A stretch of DNA of 64,000 nt from Acidimicrobiaceae bacterium (GTDB lineage: Bacteria; Actinomycetota; Acidimicrobiia; Acidimicrobiales; Aldehydirespiratoraceae). The stretch's first letter is position 1; every line of letters starts with the position of its first letter. The notes under the pieces were generated by a model. That model was given only the letters and a program-made list of their open reading frames with translations. It did not search any database and was not told where the DNA came from. Positions 27,337 through 36,213 of this stretch are shown here, piece after piece. A program made the position numbers and the translations under genes. Where the stretch lies: contig JAPOUM010000032.1 in NCBI GenBank assembly GCA_026708645.1, positions 1,929 to 65,928 on the forward strand, given 5' to 3'.

Positions 27337-28373
27337 ATCGACACCGCCCTGGCGCGGTTGTTGCGGTTGGCGAAGGCCAGCGCCAAGGCCCCCACCAAGA
27401 TGATGCCTTCGAGTGCGTCGCGCAGGTTGAAGTCCAGCCCCATCAGGTTCAATCCGTTGGACACCACACCCAAAAATAGGACGCCCAGCAGCGTTCCGGC
27501 CACGTTGGGCCTGCGCTGCGGATGCATGGAGGCGCCGATGAACACGGCCGCGATGGCGTCGAGCAGATAGGAGAAGCCCGACAGGGGAGTGAACTGGCGC
27601 AAACCCGCCGTGAGGATGATTCCGCTGAGCGCGACGGTCGCGGAGGCGAACACGAACACGAACACCAAATATCCGCTGACCCGTATCCCCGAGACTGAAG
27701 CCACGGAACGCTGCAAACCGATCGCGTGGATCCGTTTGCCGTGAACGGAGCGCTCCAGCAGCACGAAGTAGACGACTCCCACGACGGCGGCGATCACGAT
27801 CTCGGTCGGCACGCCGAGCACCGCGCCGGTGGACAGGCTGCGGAACGACTCCGACATTTCTCTGAAAGGCACCTGCCCCCCGCCGCTGGTGTAGATCTGC
27901 TGGATGCTGCTGCCGATGAAGAAGGTACCGAGCGTGGCCAGGAACGGGCTGATCTTGAGTCGCACGATCAGCCCGGCGTTGAGCACTCCGACGGCGGCGC
28001 CCGCCAGCACGCCCACGAGCAGAGCCGAAGCCCAGGTCAGGTCGTAGTCGCGCATGGCGATGATGGCGAACCAGCCTCCGAAGTCGATGGCGATGCCGAT
28101 CGACAGGTCGATGCCCCCTGAAGCCACCACCAGAGTCATCGCCAACGCGGCGATCAACAGGACCGCGTTGCCTTCCAGGATGTTGACCAGGTTGCTGGGA
28201 TTCAAGAAGGCGTCGGCCCGCAACGCGAAGAACACCGCGAAGGCGAAGAACACGATCACGAAGCCGTAGCGCGACACGACGTCGAAGATTCGCCTGCTCC
28301 AAGCCGAGCGCGCCTGCGAGGCGGTCGGGGCGGCGCTGTCGGCGCGGCTCGGCGCCGGCGTTTCAGCGGTCAT
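27333..28373 (-). CDS. sugar ABC transporter permease (RbsC/AraH-like)
   Basis: Trimmed to the ATG at 28373 (ATGA overlap). Multi-pass membrane protein with GGIDLSIG. Confidence 0.85.
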   Translation of the reverse strand: MTAETPAPSRADSAAPTASQARSAWSRRIFDVVSRYGFVIVFFAFAVFFALRADAFLNPSNLVNILEGNAVLLIAALAMTLVVASGGIDLSIGIAIDFGGWFAIIAMRDYDLTWASALLVGVLAGAAVGVLNAGLIVRLKISPFLATLGTFFIGSSIQQIYTSGGGQVPFREMSESFRSLSTGAVLGVPTEIVIAAVVGVVYFVLLERSVHGKRIHAIGLQRSVASVSGIRVSGYLVFVFVFASATVALSGIILTAGLRQFTPLSGFSYLLDAIAAVFIGASMHPQRRPNVAGTLLGVLFLGVVSNGLNLMGLDFNLRDALEGIILVGALALAFANRNNRARAVSI

Positions 28374-29389
28374 CGGCGTTGTCCTGCTTCCAGGGCGGCG
28401 CTGGCGACCACGATCAGTATCAGCACGCCTTTGACCATGCCCACCTTGAAGATGTCCACATTGAGCAGCTGGAAGCCGCTGCCCAGCGCTTTCACCAGCA
28501 GCGCTCCGAGCATCGCCCCCGGAACGGTCACCACCCGGCGGAAAGAGAAGGCTGCTCCGACGAAAGTGGCGAGCACCATGTCGAGCAGCAGACGCTCCTC
28601 GATGCCCGGCGAAAGCCCCGAGCCGCGGGCGGTGAGCACCACTGAGGCGACCACGGCCGCGAGACTCGCCATCACGAACGAGCGGGCCAGGAAATAGTCG
28701 GGGTTTAGCCCGGAAATCTCGGCCGCTGAGCGATTGCCGCCTGAGGCTTGCAGCCGGTGCCCGAAGCGCGTCCGATGGATCCAGAAACTGAGCACGATCA
28801 GCACTGCCAGCGCGAACACCGCCGGGACGGGAACATTGAGCACGGTGCCGTCGCGGACGCTGTTGATGAGCGGGTCGTCGACGGTGATCCGCCGATTGTC
28901 GATCACCCATTTGGTGGTGCCGACCACCGCAACCCACGAGGCCAGGGTCGCCAGCAGGGGAGTCAAGCCCACTTTGACCACCAGAGCAGCGTTGAGCAGG
29001 CCGACCGCGATCACCGCCGCGGCGGCCAGCAGCATCGCCAGAACGAACGGGCGGCCGTTGACCAGCTGGTCTGAGAGTATGCCGACGCCGAGGGTCGCCG
29101 CTGCGGGGAGGCTGATGTCGATCCCGCCCGACACGATGTCGTCGCCTCCCGCGGTGACCACCACGGCCAGCCCCGCCGCCAGGATCGCGTCGGGCGCGCT
29201 CTGGCGCAGGATGCTGGAAATGTTGCGCCACTCCAGAAAGAACTCGCTGCCGAGGGCCATATAGACGAAAAGCAGCGCGAACACCAGCAGCGGGAAGCGT
29301 GCCAGCAGCAGCCGCAGCGCCGGCGTCGCCGCAAGTTGCCGCAGTCTCGGCCGCGTCGGCGGCAGAGTTTGGACAGCCGGTTCGCTCAT
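28370..29389 (-). CDS. sugar ABC transporter permease (RbsC/AraH-like)
   Basis: Trimmed to the ATG at 29389 (ATGA overlap with the ATPase stop). GGIDISLPAAATLG. Confidence 0.85.
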   Translation of the reverse strand: MSEPAVQTLPPTRPRLRQLAATPALRLLLARFPLLVFALLFVYMALGSEFFLEWRNISSILRQSAPDAILAAGLAVVVTAGGDDIVSGGIDISLPAAATLGVGILSDQLVNGRPFVLAMLLAAAAVIAVGLLNAALVVKVGLTPLLATLASWVAVVGTTKWVIDNRRITVDDPLINSVRDGTVLNVPVPAVFALAVLIVLSFWIHRTRFGHRLQASGGNRSAAEISGLNPDYFLARSFVMASLAAVVASVVLTARGSGLSPGIEERLLLDMVLATFVGAAFSFRRVVTVPGAMLGALLVKALGSGFQLLNVDIFKVGMVKGVLILIVVASAALEAGQRR

Positions 29390-30930
29390 GCCGCTTCGGC
29401 GCCGCCGGTGGCCAGCGCGGTCAGATGCTCGTGGTCGGTGTCGGCTGCTGCGATGTCGGCGATGATGCGGCCGCGCACCATCACCAGTATGCGGTCGCAC
29501 ATGCCCAGCAGTTCGGCCGGATCGTTGGAGCACATCAGCACCCCGGCGCCTGCTTGCGCCAGATCCGCTATCAGACGGTAAATCTCTGAGCGAGCCCCTA
29601 CATCGACGCCCACGGTGGGGTCGTCGAGCACGTAGACGCTCGCCTGCGACGCCAGCCAGCGCCCCAGCACCACTTTCTGCTGGTTGCCGCCGCTGAGCAG
29701 GCGAGAGACGGCGTGCGAGCCGCGGGGGCGCACATCGAGACGCTCCATCAGTTCTTCGCCGCGGCGTCCGGCAGCAGCCCGGTTCAGCCAGCCGAGCGTG
29801 CTGACTTCCTCGAGCGTGGCGAGGTTGACGTTGTCGGCGACGGTCATGTCGAGCACCAGCCCGTCGTTGCGGCGGTCCCGCGGCACCAGAGCCAGCCCCG
29901 AACGCACAGCCCTGGCAGGCGAATTGGTTCTCGCGGGCTCTCCGTCGACCGTGATCTTCCCGGCTCGGATCTTGCGCAAGCCGTAGAGCGAGTCCACCAG
30001 TTCGGCGCGCCCCGACCCGATGATCCCGGTAAGCCCGACCACCTCCCCGGCGCCCACCGTCAGCGACACGCCTCTGAGGCGGTGGCCGTCGTCGAGGCCG
30101 GCGACCTCGAGGGCGTCGCGCGTCCGCTCGGAGCGCCGCCGCTGCGGGTAGAGGTCGCCGATGTCGCGCCCGACCATCAAACGGATGATCTCCGGCACCC
30201 GCACCTGCGGCTGCTGCGGCTGCCGCAGATCCACGACACCGACGTCGGCGCCGTTTCGGAACACGGTCACCCGGTCGCAGATCTGATGGATCTCGTTGAG
30301 ATAATGCGACACGTAGAGCATCGACTTGCCCGCTCTTCGCAGCGTGTCGATCGCCGTGAACAGCGTCTTGACCTCCGCTGCGGCCAGCACGGCCGTCGGC
30401 TCGTCGAAGACGACGAGCTTCGCTCGGCCGTCGATCAGGGCGCGTGCGATCTGCACGAGCTTGCGCTCGGCCACGCTCAGATCCCGCACCAAGGCCCGCC
30501 CGTCCAGTTCCACGCCGAGCGTCTCGGCCAGGAAAGTCTCGGCACGCTCCCGCATGGCTCGCTTGGCTGTGCCGAGCCTGCCTGTCTGCTCTTGGCCCAA
30601 AAAGACCGATTCGGCCACACTGAAATGCGGCACCAGGCTGATCTCTTGATGGATGAACCTGACCCCGAGGCGATGCACCGAAGCGGGGTCGATCCTCTCC
30701 AACGGCTCGCCGTCGACGCTCACGCTGCCTGCGTCAGCGTGATAAACCCCGGCGAGGATCTTGATGATGGTCGACTTGCCGGCGCCGTTCTCGCCCACCA
30801 GGCCGTGGACTTCGCCTCGGCCGACCGACAGGCTCGCTCCATCGAGGGCGCGCACGCCCGGGAACGTCTTGGTGACCCCCTCCATTCGCAGGGCGCAGTC
30901 CGCGTCGTGCTGCTCGCCGGTTGCGTTCAA
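29386..30930 (-). CDS. sugar ABC transporter ATP-binding protein (two fused cassettes)
   Basis: Walker A GENGAGKST. The second cassette has GIIGSGRAE and LSGGNQQKV. Confidence 0.9.
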   Translation of the reverse strand: MNATGEQHDADCALRMEGVTKTFPGVRALDGASLSVGRGEVHGLVGENGAGKSTIIKILAGVYHADAGSVSVDGEPLERIDPASVHRLGVRFIHQEISLVPHFSVAESVFLGQEQTGRLGTAKRAMRERAETFLAETLGVELDGRALVRDLSVAERKLVQIARALIDGRAKLVVFDEPTAVLAAAEVKTLFTAIDTLRRAGKSMLYVSHYLNEIHQICDRVTVFRNGADVGVVDLRQPQQPQVRVPEIIRLMVGRDIGDLYPQRRRSERTRDALEVAGLDDGHRLRGVSLTVGAGEVVGLTGIIGSGRAELVDSLYGLRKIRAGKITVDGEPARTNSPARAVRSGLALVPRDRRNDGLVLDMTVADNVNLATLEEVSTLGWLNRAAAGRRGEELMERLDVRPRGSHAVSRLLSGGNQQKVVLGRWLASQASVYVLDDPTVGVDVGARSEIYRLIADLAQAGAGVLMCSNDPAELLGMCDRILVMVRGRIIADIAAADTDHEHLTALATGGAEAA

Positions 30931-31019
30931 CGCGAGTCCTCTGTTCGTGCCGGCCGGCGCCGGTCAGGGGGCGGTGCGAGAGCACGCACCCCCCGACCGG
31001 CTCTTCCGACTCTTCAAGC

Positions 31020-33113
31020 TCAGTAGCCGAGGTATTCGTATACGTTGGCGGCTTGTTGGGGGCCGTTGACGGGTATCACGTCGACGTAGCTTTGTGGCAG
31101 GAGGTTCTCGCCTGCGAGGTGTCGTGCGGCGTTTTGCACGGCGACTGTGGCGATTTGGCGCGGCTGCTGCGCGATGTTGACGAGCCAGGGGCTGCCGTCT
31201 TCCATCATCAGTTCGAGGGTGTCGGGGCCTGCGTCGATCGCTGACACGACGATCTCGGTGCGTCCCGCCTCTTGGAGAGCTTCATACACGCCGATGGCGG
31301 GCTGGTCCCAGCAGGCGACGTGGATGGCGTGCAGTTGACCCTCGGGGTAACGCTCCAACAAGTCGAGAGTCTGCTGGCGCGCGTCCTCGGGGGCGTTGGC
31401 GAACTCTTCGGCGAGTTCCTCGGCGATGGTCACGTCGGGGTAGGCGCTGTCGAGCACGTACTTCCAGGTTTCGTAACGGTCGCCGCAGAATGACAGCGCT
31501 TCGCTGAAGGCGTTGAACACCACGACTTGGCCTTCGCCGCCGATGGCGTCGGCCATGAGGCGTCCCGCGGCCGAGCCGGCGTAGAAGTTGTCTGAGCCGG
31601 TGTTGTTGACGATGTGCGGTGACGCGTGGTCCACGCCGAACACGGGGATGCCTGCGTTCTTGAGCGCTTCGAGTTTGGGTTCTACTGCTGCGTCGCCCAA
31701 GATGGTGACGACCGCGTCGACTTGCTGGGTCAAGAACGTGTCGTGGTTGTCGGCGTGTACTGCGTTGTCGCGTCCGCCGTCGACGGCGACGACTGAGCCG
31801 CCGAGGCGCTCGATCTCGTCTTTGGCGCCCTCGAAAGCTTCACGATCCCAGAAATGCTGAGTGCCGACCACAGCCACACCAACCGTGAAACCATCCAAAG
31901 ACAAATCGCTCACAGCCATGCCCGAATCAGCCGCAGGCGCCACATCAGGAGCGTCGCCGTAGCCGAGTTGTTGGTATACGTTGGCGGCTTGTTGGGGGCC
32001 GTTGACGGGTATCACGTCGACGTAGCTTTGTGGCAGGAGGTTCTCGCCTGCGAGGTGTCGTGCGGCGTTTTGCACGGCGACTGTGGCGATTTGGCGCGGC
32101 TGCTGCGCGATGTTGACGAGCCAGGGGCTGCCGTCTTCCATCATCAGTTCGAGGGTGTCGGGGCCTGCGTCGATCGCTGACACGACGATCTCGGTGCGTC
32201 CCGCCTCTTGGAGAGCTTCATACACGCCGATGGCGGGCTGGTCCCAGCAGGCGACGTGGATGGCGTGCAGTTGACCCTCGGGGTAACGCTCCAACAAGTC
32301 GAGAGTCTGCTGGCGCGCGTCCTCGGGGGCGTTGGCGAACTCTTCGGCGAGTTCCTCGGCGATGGTCACGTCGGGGTAGGCGCTGTCGAGCACGTACTTC
32401 CAGGTTTCGTAACGGTCGCCGCAGAATGACAGCGCTTCGCTGAAGGCGTTGAACACCACGACTTGGCCTTCGCCGCCGATGGCGTCGGCCATGAGGCGTC
32501 CCGCGGCCGAGCCGGCGTAGAAGTTGTCTGAGCCGGTGTTGTTGACGATGTGCGGTGACGCGTGGTCCACGCCGAACACGGGGATGCCTGCGTTCTTGAG
32601 CGCTTCGAGTTTGGGTTCTACTGCTGCGTCGCCCAAGATGGTGACGACCGCGTCGACTTGCTGGGTCAAGAACGTGTCGTGGTTGTCGGCGTGTACTGCG
32701 TTGTCGCGTCCGCCGTCGACGGCGACGACTGAGCCGCCGAGGCGCTCGATCTCGTCTTTGGCGCCCTCGAAAGCTTCACGATCCCAGAAATGCTGAGTGC
32801 CGACCACAGCCACACCAACCGTGAAACCATCCAAAGACAAATCTCCGGAAGGCATCATCGCGTCATCGCCTGAACCCGCAGAGGACGTGTCGCCTGCGTC
32901 TGCGCCGCCGGCGTCGTCATCGGATTGATCCGACTGTTCCGGCGCCGCGTCGTCGTCGTCGACGGCTGCAACGGTGCTGGCCGTGGCAGTGTCCGATGCG
33001 GACGTGTCGTCGTCGTCATCGGTGCAGGCTGCTGCGATCACTGTGAACGCGGCAGCCAGGGCGATGAGCCTGATCCACTTCATATTGTTGTTCCCTCCAG
33101 TTGGTAAGCACAT
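31020..33113 (-). CDS. ABC transporter substrate-binding lipoprotein with two tandem type-I periplasmic-binding domains
   Basis: Signal/lipobox MKWIRLIALAAAFTVIAAAC, an acidic linker, then the same 290-aa PBP-type sequence twice (DLSLDGFTVGVAVVGTQHFWDRE...PQQAANVY). Confidence 0.8.
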   Translation of the reverse strand: MCLPTGGNNNMKWIRLIALAAAFTVIAAACTDDDDDTSASDTATASTVAAVDDDDAAPEQSDQSDDDAGGADAGDTSSAGSGDDAMMPSGDLSLDGFTVGVAVVGTQHFWDREAFEGAKDEIERLGGSVVAVDGGRDNAVHADNHDTFLTQQVDAVVTILGDAAVEPKLEALKNAGIPVFGVDHASPHIVNNTGSDNFYAGSAAGRLMADAIGGEGQVVVFNAFSEALSFCGDRYETWKYVLDSAYPDVTIAEELAEEFANAPEDARQQTLDLLERYPEGQLHAIHVACWDQPAIGVYEALQEAGRTEIVVSAIDAGPDTLELMMEDGSPWLVNIAQQPRQIATVAVQNAARHLAGENLLPQSYVDVIPVNGPQQAANVYQQLGYGDAPDVAPAADSGMAVSDLSLDGFTVGVAVVGTQHFWDREAFEGAKDEIERLGGSVVAVDGGRDNAVHADNHDTFLTQQVDAVVTILGDAAVEPKLEALKNAGIPVFGVDHASPHIVNNTGSDNFYAGSAAGRLMADAIGGEGQVVVFNAFSEALSFCGDRYETWKYVLDSAYPDVTIAEELAEEFANAPEDARQQTLDLLERYPEGQLHAIHVACWDQPAIGVYEALQEAGRTEIVVSAIDAGPDTLELMMEDGSPWLVNIAQQPRQIATVAVQNAARHLAGENLLPQSYVDVIPVNGPQQAANVYEYLGY
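31038..32843. repeat. 870-bp perfect direct repeat (31038-31907 = 31974-32843, period 936) inside the SBP gene
   Basis: I compared the two copies line by line and saw no mismatch. The ORF track also shows identical spurious ORFs offset by 936 (31147/32083, 31272/32208, 31588/32524). Confidence 0.9.
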
Positions 33114-33203
33114 TTGTACTCGTTGGTTGGACTGTTGTTCATGAATTTACTGTTTCGGGATGCTTGCGTCAAAATTCCTGGGTGAGGCTCCTTCGGGCCC
33201 GTT

Positions 33204-34136
33204 TCAGCTTCCGTCTCGCAGGAACTTCTCCACTTCAGCCACGAGCAGGCCAGGATTGTCGATGAGGTCCGCGCCGCCGCCCGCGGCGTCGTCTTCGTGC
33301 TCGCGGTTGTCCCAGGCGCGTTCGAGGCGGGCCACATACTCCGCAGTGTCGTCGTCTTCGGCCACGATCCTGGTGATCTCCTGCTCGTAGAGCTTGGCCC
33401 GCTGCTGTAGTTCAAGGGTCGGAACCGGCGTCTTCATCACGGCGCACACACGGTCGATCAACGCCAGAGCGGCTTTGGGCGAAGGCGCTGCCGGCATGTA
33501 CGACGGAACCGCCGACCAGAACGAGGCGGTGCTGAAACCGGCGTCGCGGCACGCCGCCGAAAGCACCCCCACGATTCCGGTGGGTCCCTCATAGCGTGAA
33601 GGGGTCAAGCCCAGAGTCTCCTGCAGTTCCTGATCCTCGGTGGAGCCGTAGACCTCCACATCGCGGCTGTGAGGCACCTCGGCGAGCAGCGCGCCCAAGG
33701 TGATCACCTGCTCGACGCCCAGCAGTTCGGCCACCGACACCACTTGGCGGGTGAAAGTCCGCCAACGCAGCTGCGGCTCGGTGCCGATCAACAACAGCGC
33801 GTCCCTGCGGCCGCTGCCGGCTTCGCCGAGGCGGGCCGCTCGCAGTTCGTTGGTCGGCCAGTCGATGCTGCGAGCCTTACTGTCGTCGAGGCGGACTATG
33901 GGCCGCGTCGCGGTGAAGTCGAAGAACGGCTCCGGGTCTATCGACGCCAGAGTCTCGCATTCCCAGCTGTCCGCCAGATGCGCGGCCGCCGTGGTGGCCG
34001 CGTCGCCGGCGTCGTTCCAGCCTTCGAACGCGGCTATCAGAGTGGGGCAGCTCAGCCGGGACTCACGGTCCAGCCATGCGACATGCTCCAACTCGTCTGT
34101 CGGCTCAGGTGCCGCCTCGTTCACCACTGAAGCCAC
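33204..34136 (-). CDS. PAC2-family (proteasome assembly chaperone-like) protein
   Basis: PTLIAAFEGWNDAGDAATTAAAHL pattern, typical of actinobacterial PAC2 proteins. Confidence 0.75.
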   Translation of the reverse strand: MASVVNEAAPEPTDELEHVAWLDRESRLSCPTLIAAFEGWNDAGDAATTAAAHLADSWECETLASIDPEPFFDFTATRPIVRLDDSKARSIDWPTNELRAARLGEAGSGRRDALLLIGTEPQLRWRTFTRQVVSVAELLGVEQVITLGALLAEVPHSRDVEVYGSTEDQELQETLGLTPSRYEGPTGIVGVLSAACRDAGFSTASFWSAVPSYMPAAPSPKAALALIDRVCAVMKTPVPTLELQQRAKLYEQEITRIVAEDDDTAEYVARLERAWDNREHEDDAAGGGADLIDNPGLLVAEVEKFLRDGS

Positions 34137-34285
34137 GATATCGGTGCAACAGCCGAACCTCGCGTGCGCCGCCGCTGAGCGCTGCCGGGCCTCTACTGCT
34201 GAGACTGCCGACTGTCAGCCTGCTCGCTCGAAGTCGCGGCCAGCTCCGGCAGCTCGCCGATCCGACGGCGCCCAGAGTGCAGCGC

Positions 34286-34849
34286 TCACAGCGTGTAACG
34301 GTAGAGGTTGGACTCCCGCCGTTCGAAGCCCATCCGGGTGTAGAGGCGGTTGGCGGCCTGACGCGACGGCCGCGAGGTCAGATCGGTGCTGCGGGCGCCC
34401 ATGCGCCGGGCCGTCTCCAAGGCTGCGCGGGCGAGTTTCTCAGCCACGCGGCGGCCTCGGAACGCCTCGTCCACCACCACGTCCTCGATGCGGGTCTGCA
34501 GACCTGTGGGGATGCGGAAAGCGACCAGGGTCAGCGCGCCCACGATGCGGTTTTGCAGTCGGGCCACGAACAGGGTGGCGGCGCCCGACGCCACGATCTC
34601 TTCGAGTTCGGTGCGGCCGGGCGGCGGATGCGACGAAAGCTGAGGGATCAGTCGGGCCATGGCATCAACCAGCTCGTCGTCGACGCTCCGACAGGCATCG
34701 ACGACGACCTCGACAGCGGTTTCACTGGCGCCGTCTGCGCCGTCGGTTTTTGGCGGGCTGTCGGTTCCGGCGCCGTCGGTGTTGATGTCGGGAGGAATCA
34801 CAGCCTGTGAGGCTAGAGCACCGCCACAACCATGGAGAACTACGATCAC
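34286..34849 (-). CDS. GNAT-family N-acetyltransferase (start uncertain)
   Basis: RIEDVVVDEAFRGRRVAEKLARAALETARRMGA...AANRLYTRMGF acetyl-CoA-binding pattern. The longest ORF starts at the GTG at 34849. Confidence 0.75.
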   Translation of the reverse strand: MIVVLHGCGGALASQAVIPPDINTDGAGTDSPPKTDGADGASETAVEVVVDACRSVDDELVDAMARLIPQLSSHPPPGRTELEEIVASGAATLFVARLQNRIVGALTLVAFRIPTGLQTRIEDVVVDEAFRGRRVAEKLARAALETARRMGARSTDLTSRPSRQAANRLYTRMGFERRESNLYRYTL

Positions 34850-35035
34850 CGTGCGGCCCCGCCGCCGTAGATCACTTCACGCAACTCGGGCCACGAGTAG
34901 CGTTCCAGCGGATTCGGCGCCTCTGGGTCGCCCACACTGAGATCCTCGAGCACGTAGGACCCGGCTTCGGCGCTCTCCGACAGCACGCTGCGCAAGCCGG
35001 CTTCGACGACGGCGCGCAGGGTGCAGCCGTTCTCT
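34846..35035 (-). pseudogene. 3' fragment of a VapB-type antitoxin gene (repeat copy 1)
   Basis: ...ENGCTLRAVVEAGLRSVLSESAEAGSYVLEDLSVGDPEAPNPLERYSWPELREVIYGGGAAR. The upstream part of the ORF is antisense to a convincing + strand RHH gene. Identical to 35990-36179. Confidence 0.5.
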
Positions 35036-35043
35036 CGGCACTT

Positions 35044-35070
35044 TTTCACGAAAACAGTGATATCGTGAAA
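35044..35070 (+). promoter_or_regulatory. inverted-repeat operator overlapping a -10-like TATCGT, upstream of the + strand vapBC
   Basis: TTTCACGA-n11-TCGTGAAA. TATCGT (35061-35066) lies 7 nt before the ATG at 35074. AT-rich. Confidence 0.5.
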
Positions 35071-35073
35071 CTC

Positions 35074-35304
35074 ATGAAAAATGTCACCGTGAGCTTGGAC
35101 GAAGAGACAGCGCTCTGGACTCGGATAGAGGCGGCCAGCCACGACATGAGCGTGTCGCGTTTCGTCGGCGAGGTTCTGCGGGAGCGTATGGAGAGTTCCG
35201 AGAACTTCGATCAGGCTCGGCGCTCCTATCTGACCCGTGCGGCCCGACCGCTAAGATCAAGCGACTGTCGGATGCCGACGCGGGACGAGATACATCAACG
35301 CTGA
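35074..35304 (+). CDS. vapB: ribbon-helix-helix (CopG-like) antitoxin
   Basis: MKNVTVSLDEETALWTRIEAASHDMSVSRFVGEVLRERM is a classic RHH pattern. It sits 6 nt upstream of a PIN gene. Confidence 0.75.
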   Translation: MKNVTVSLDEETALWTRIEAASHDMSVSRFVGEVLRERMESSENFDQARRSYLTRAARPLRSSDCRMPTRDEIHQR

Positions 35305-35310
35305 GCCATT

Positions 35311-35745
35311 GTGAGCGTCTTCGTCGACACCAACGTGCTGGTGTACGCACGGGACATGTCGGTGCCCGCCAAACAGGAGCGCGCCCATGAGTGGATGTCT
35401 GCACTGTGGGAGGCGCTGCGGGGGCGCACCAGCGTGCAGGTACTCAACGAGTATTACGTGACCGTCACTCGCAAGCTCACTCCGGGCCTTGCGCTACGCG
35501 AGGCCCGCGCCGACGTTGCCGATTTGCATGCTTGGGTGCCGGTATCTCTCAGCACAGACCTCGTGGAGTCTGCGTTCACAGCTGAGGATCGCTTCGGCCT
35601 GTCGTACTGGGATTGCCTGATCGTGGCCGCTGCGGTGACTGCGGACTGCGACTACCTGCTCAGCGAAGATCTCCAGGACGGGCAAATCCTCGACACAGTG
35701 ACCGTCGTGAATCCGTTCACACACCGTCCCGAAACGATCCTTTGA
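35311..35745 (+). CDS. vapC: PIN-domain ribonuclease toxin VapC
   Basis: VFVDTNVLVYARD, SYWDCLIVAAAV and YLLSEDLQDG provide the acidic PIN residues. GTG start. Confidence 0.8.
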   Translation: MSVFVDTNVLVYARDMSVPAKQERAHEWMSALWEALRGRTSVQVLNEYYVTVTRKLTPGLALREARADVADLHAWVPVSLSTDLVESAFTAEDRFGLSYWDCLIVAAAVTADCDYLLSEDLQDGQILDTVTVVNPFTHRPETIL

Positions 35746-35974
35746 AGAAACAACCGATGTCGGATCCTGTCCACGCCTGCAGCTGCTGCAGGGCGCGCTC
35801 GGACGAAGTCGCCTCGTCACTCCAGATGCGCGGGTTGGTCGCCACGCCGAAGAACTCATAACAACAAGGCCAAGGGATCGCCCAGACCTCGCTGCCCTCG
35901 GCAAGCCCGCGCATGATCTGCACTGCGGAGTCGTGCTCAGGCAATTCACGGCGATGGGCGTAGACCAGCCACAT
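35717..35974 (-). pseudogene. truncated PIN-domain toxin remnant
   Basis: MWLVYAHRRELPEHDSAVQIMRGLAEGSEVWAIPWPCCYEFFGVATNPRIW matches the middle of VapC-type PIN proteins. The first LDxNV segment is missing, and the C-terminus runs into the 3' end of the + strand vapC. Confidence 0.55.
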
Positions 35975-35989
35975 TGGAGTCGACGGCTA

Positions 35990-36179
35990 TCACCGTGCGG
36001 CCCCGCCGCCGTAGATCACTTCACGCAACTCGGGCCACGAGTAGCGTTCCAGCGGATTCGGCGCCTCTGGGTCGCCCACACTGAGATCCTCGAGCACGTA
36101 GGACCCGGCTTCGGCGCTCTCCGACAGCACGCTGCGCAAGCCGGCTTCGACGACGGCGCGCAGGGTGCAGCCGTTCTCT
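35990..36179 (-). pseudogene. 3' fragment of a VapB-type antitoxin gene (repeat copy 2)
   Basis: Same 63 codons as copy 1. The N-terminus of ORF 35990..36208 (MRSFFTIVVI) is not RHH-like. It lies 16 nt upstream of the truncated PIN. Confidence 0.5.
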
Positions 36180-36213
36180 ATCACTACTATCGTGAAAAAG
36201 GAGCGCATCGGCT

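Noticed and set aside
22923-29533. Very long run-on versions of operon genes: 22923..24551, 25894..28302, 27333..29231, 28370..29533, and also 3657..4922.
   Set aside because: The N-terminal portions overlap the preceding gene out of frame and are Arg/Gly/Pro-rich. Each was trimmed to the start codon that forms an ATGA or GTGA overlap with the upstream stop, where the family-typical N-terminus begins.
31038-32843. Whether the large perfect repeats here, and those at 61930-63230 and 8837-9120, could be a CRISPR array or an IS element.
   Set aside because: They are in-frame coding repeats inside long ORFs, they have no short repeat/spacer periodicity, and there are no cas or transposase genes. 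No CRISPR array is present in the window.
34286-34849. The GNAT gene as a TacT/AtaT-type acetyltransferase toxin paired with the antitoxin fragment that overlaps its start (GTGA).
   Set aside because: The GNAT sequence looks like an ordinary small-molecule/protein acetyltransferase and does not resemble the TacT-type toxin sequence as I recall it. The adjacent antitoxin piece is a VapB-type C-terminal fragment without an RHH/DUF1778 N-domain. The GNAT start is also uncertain.
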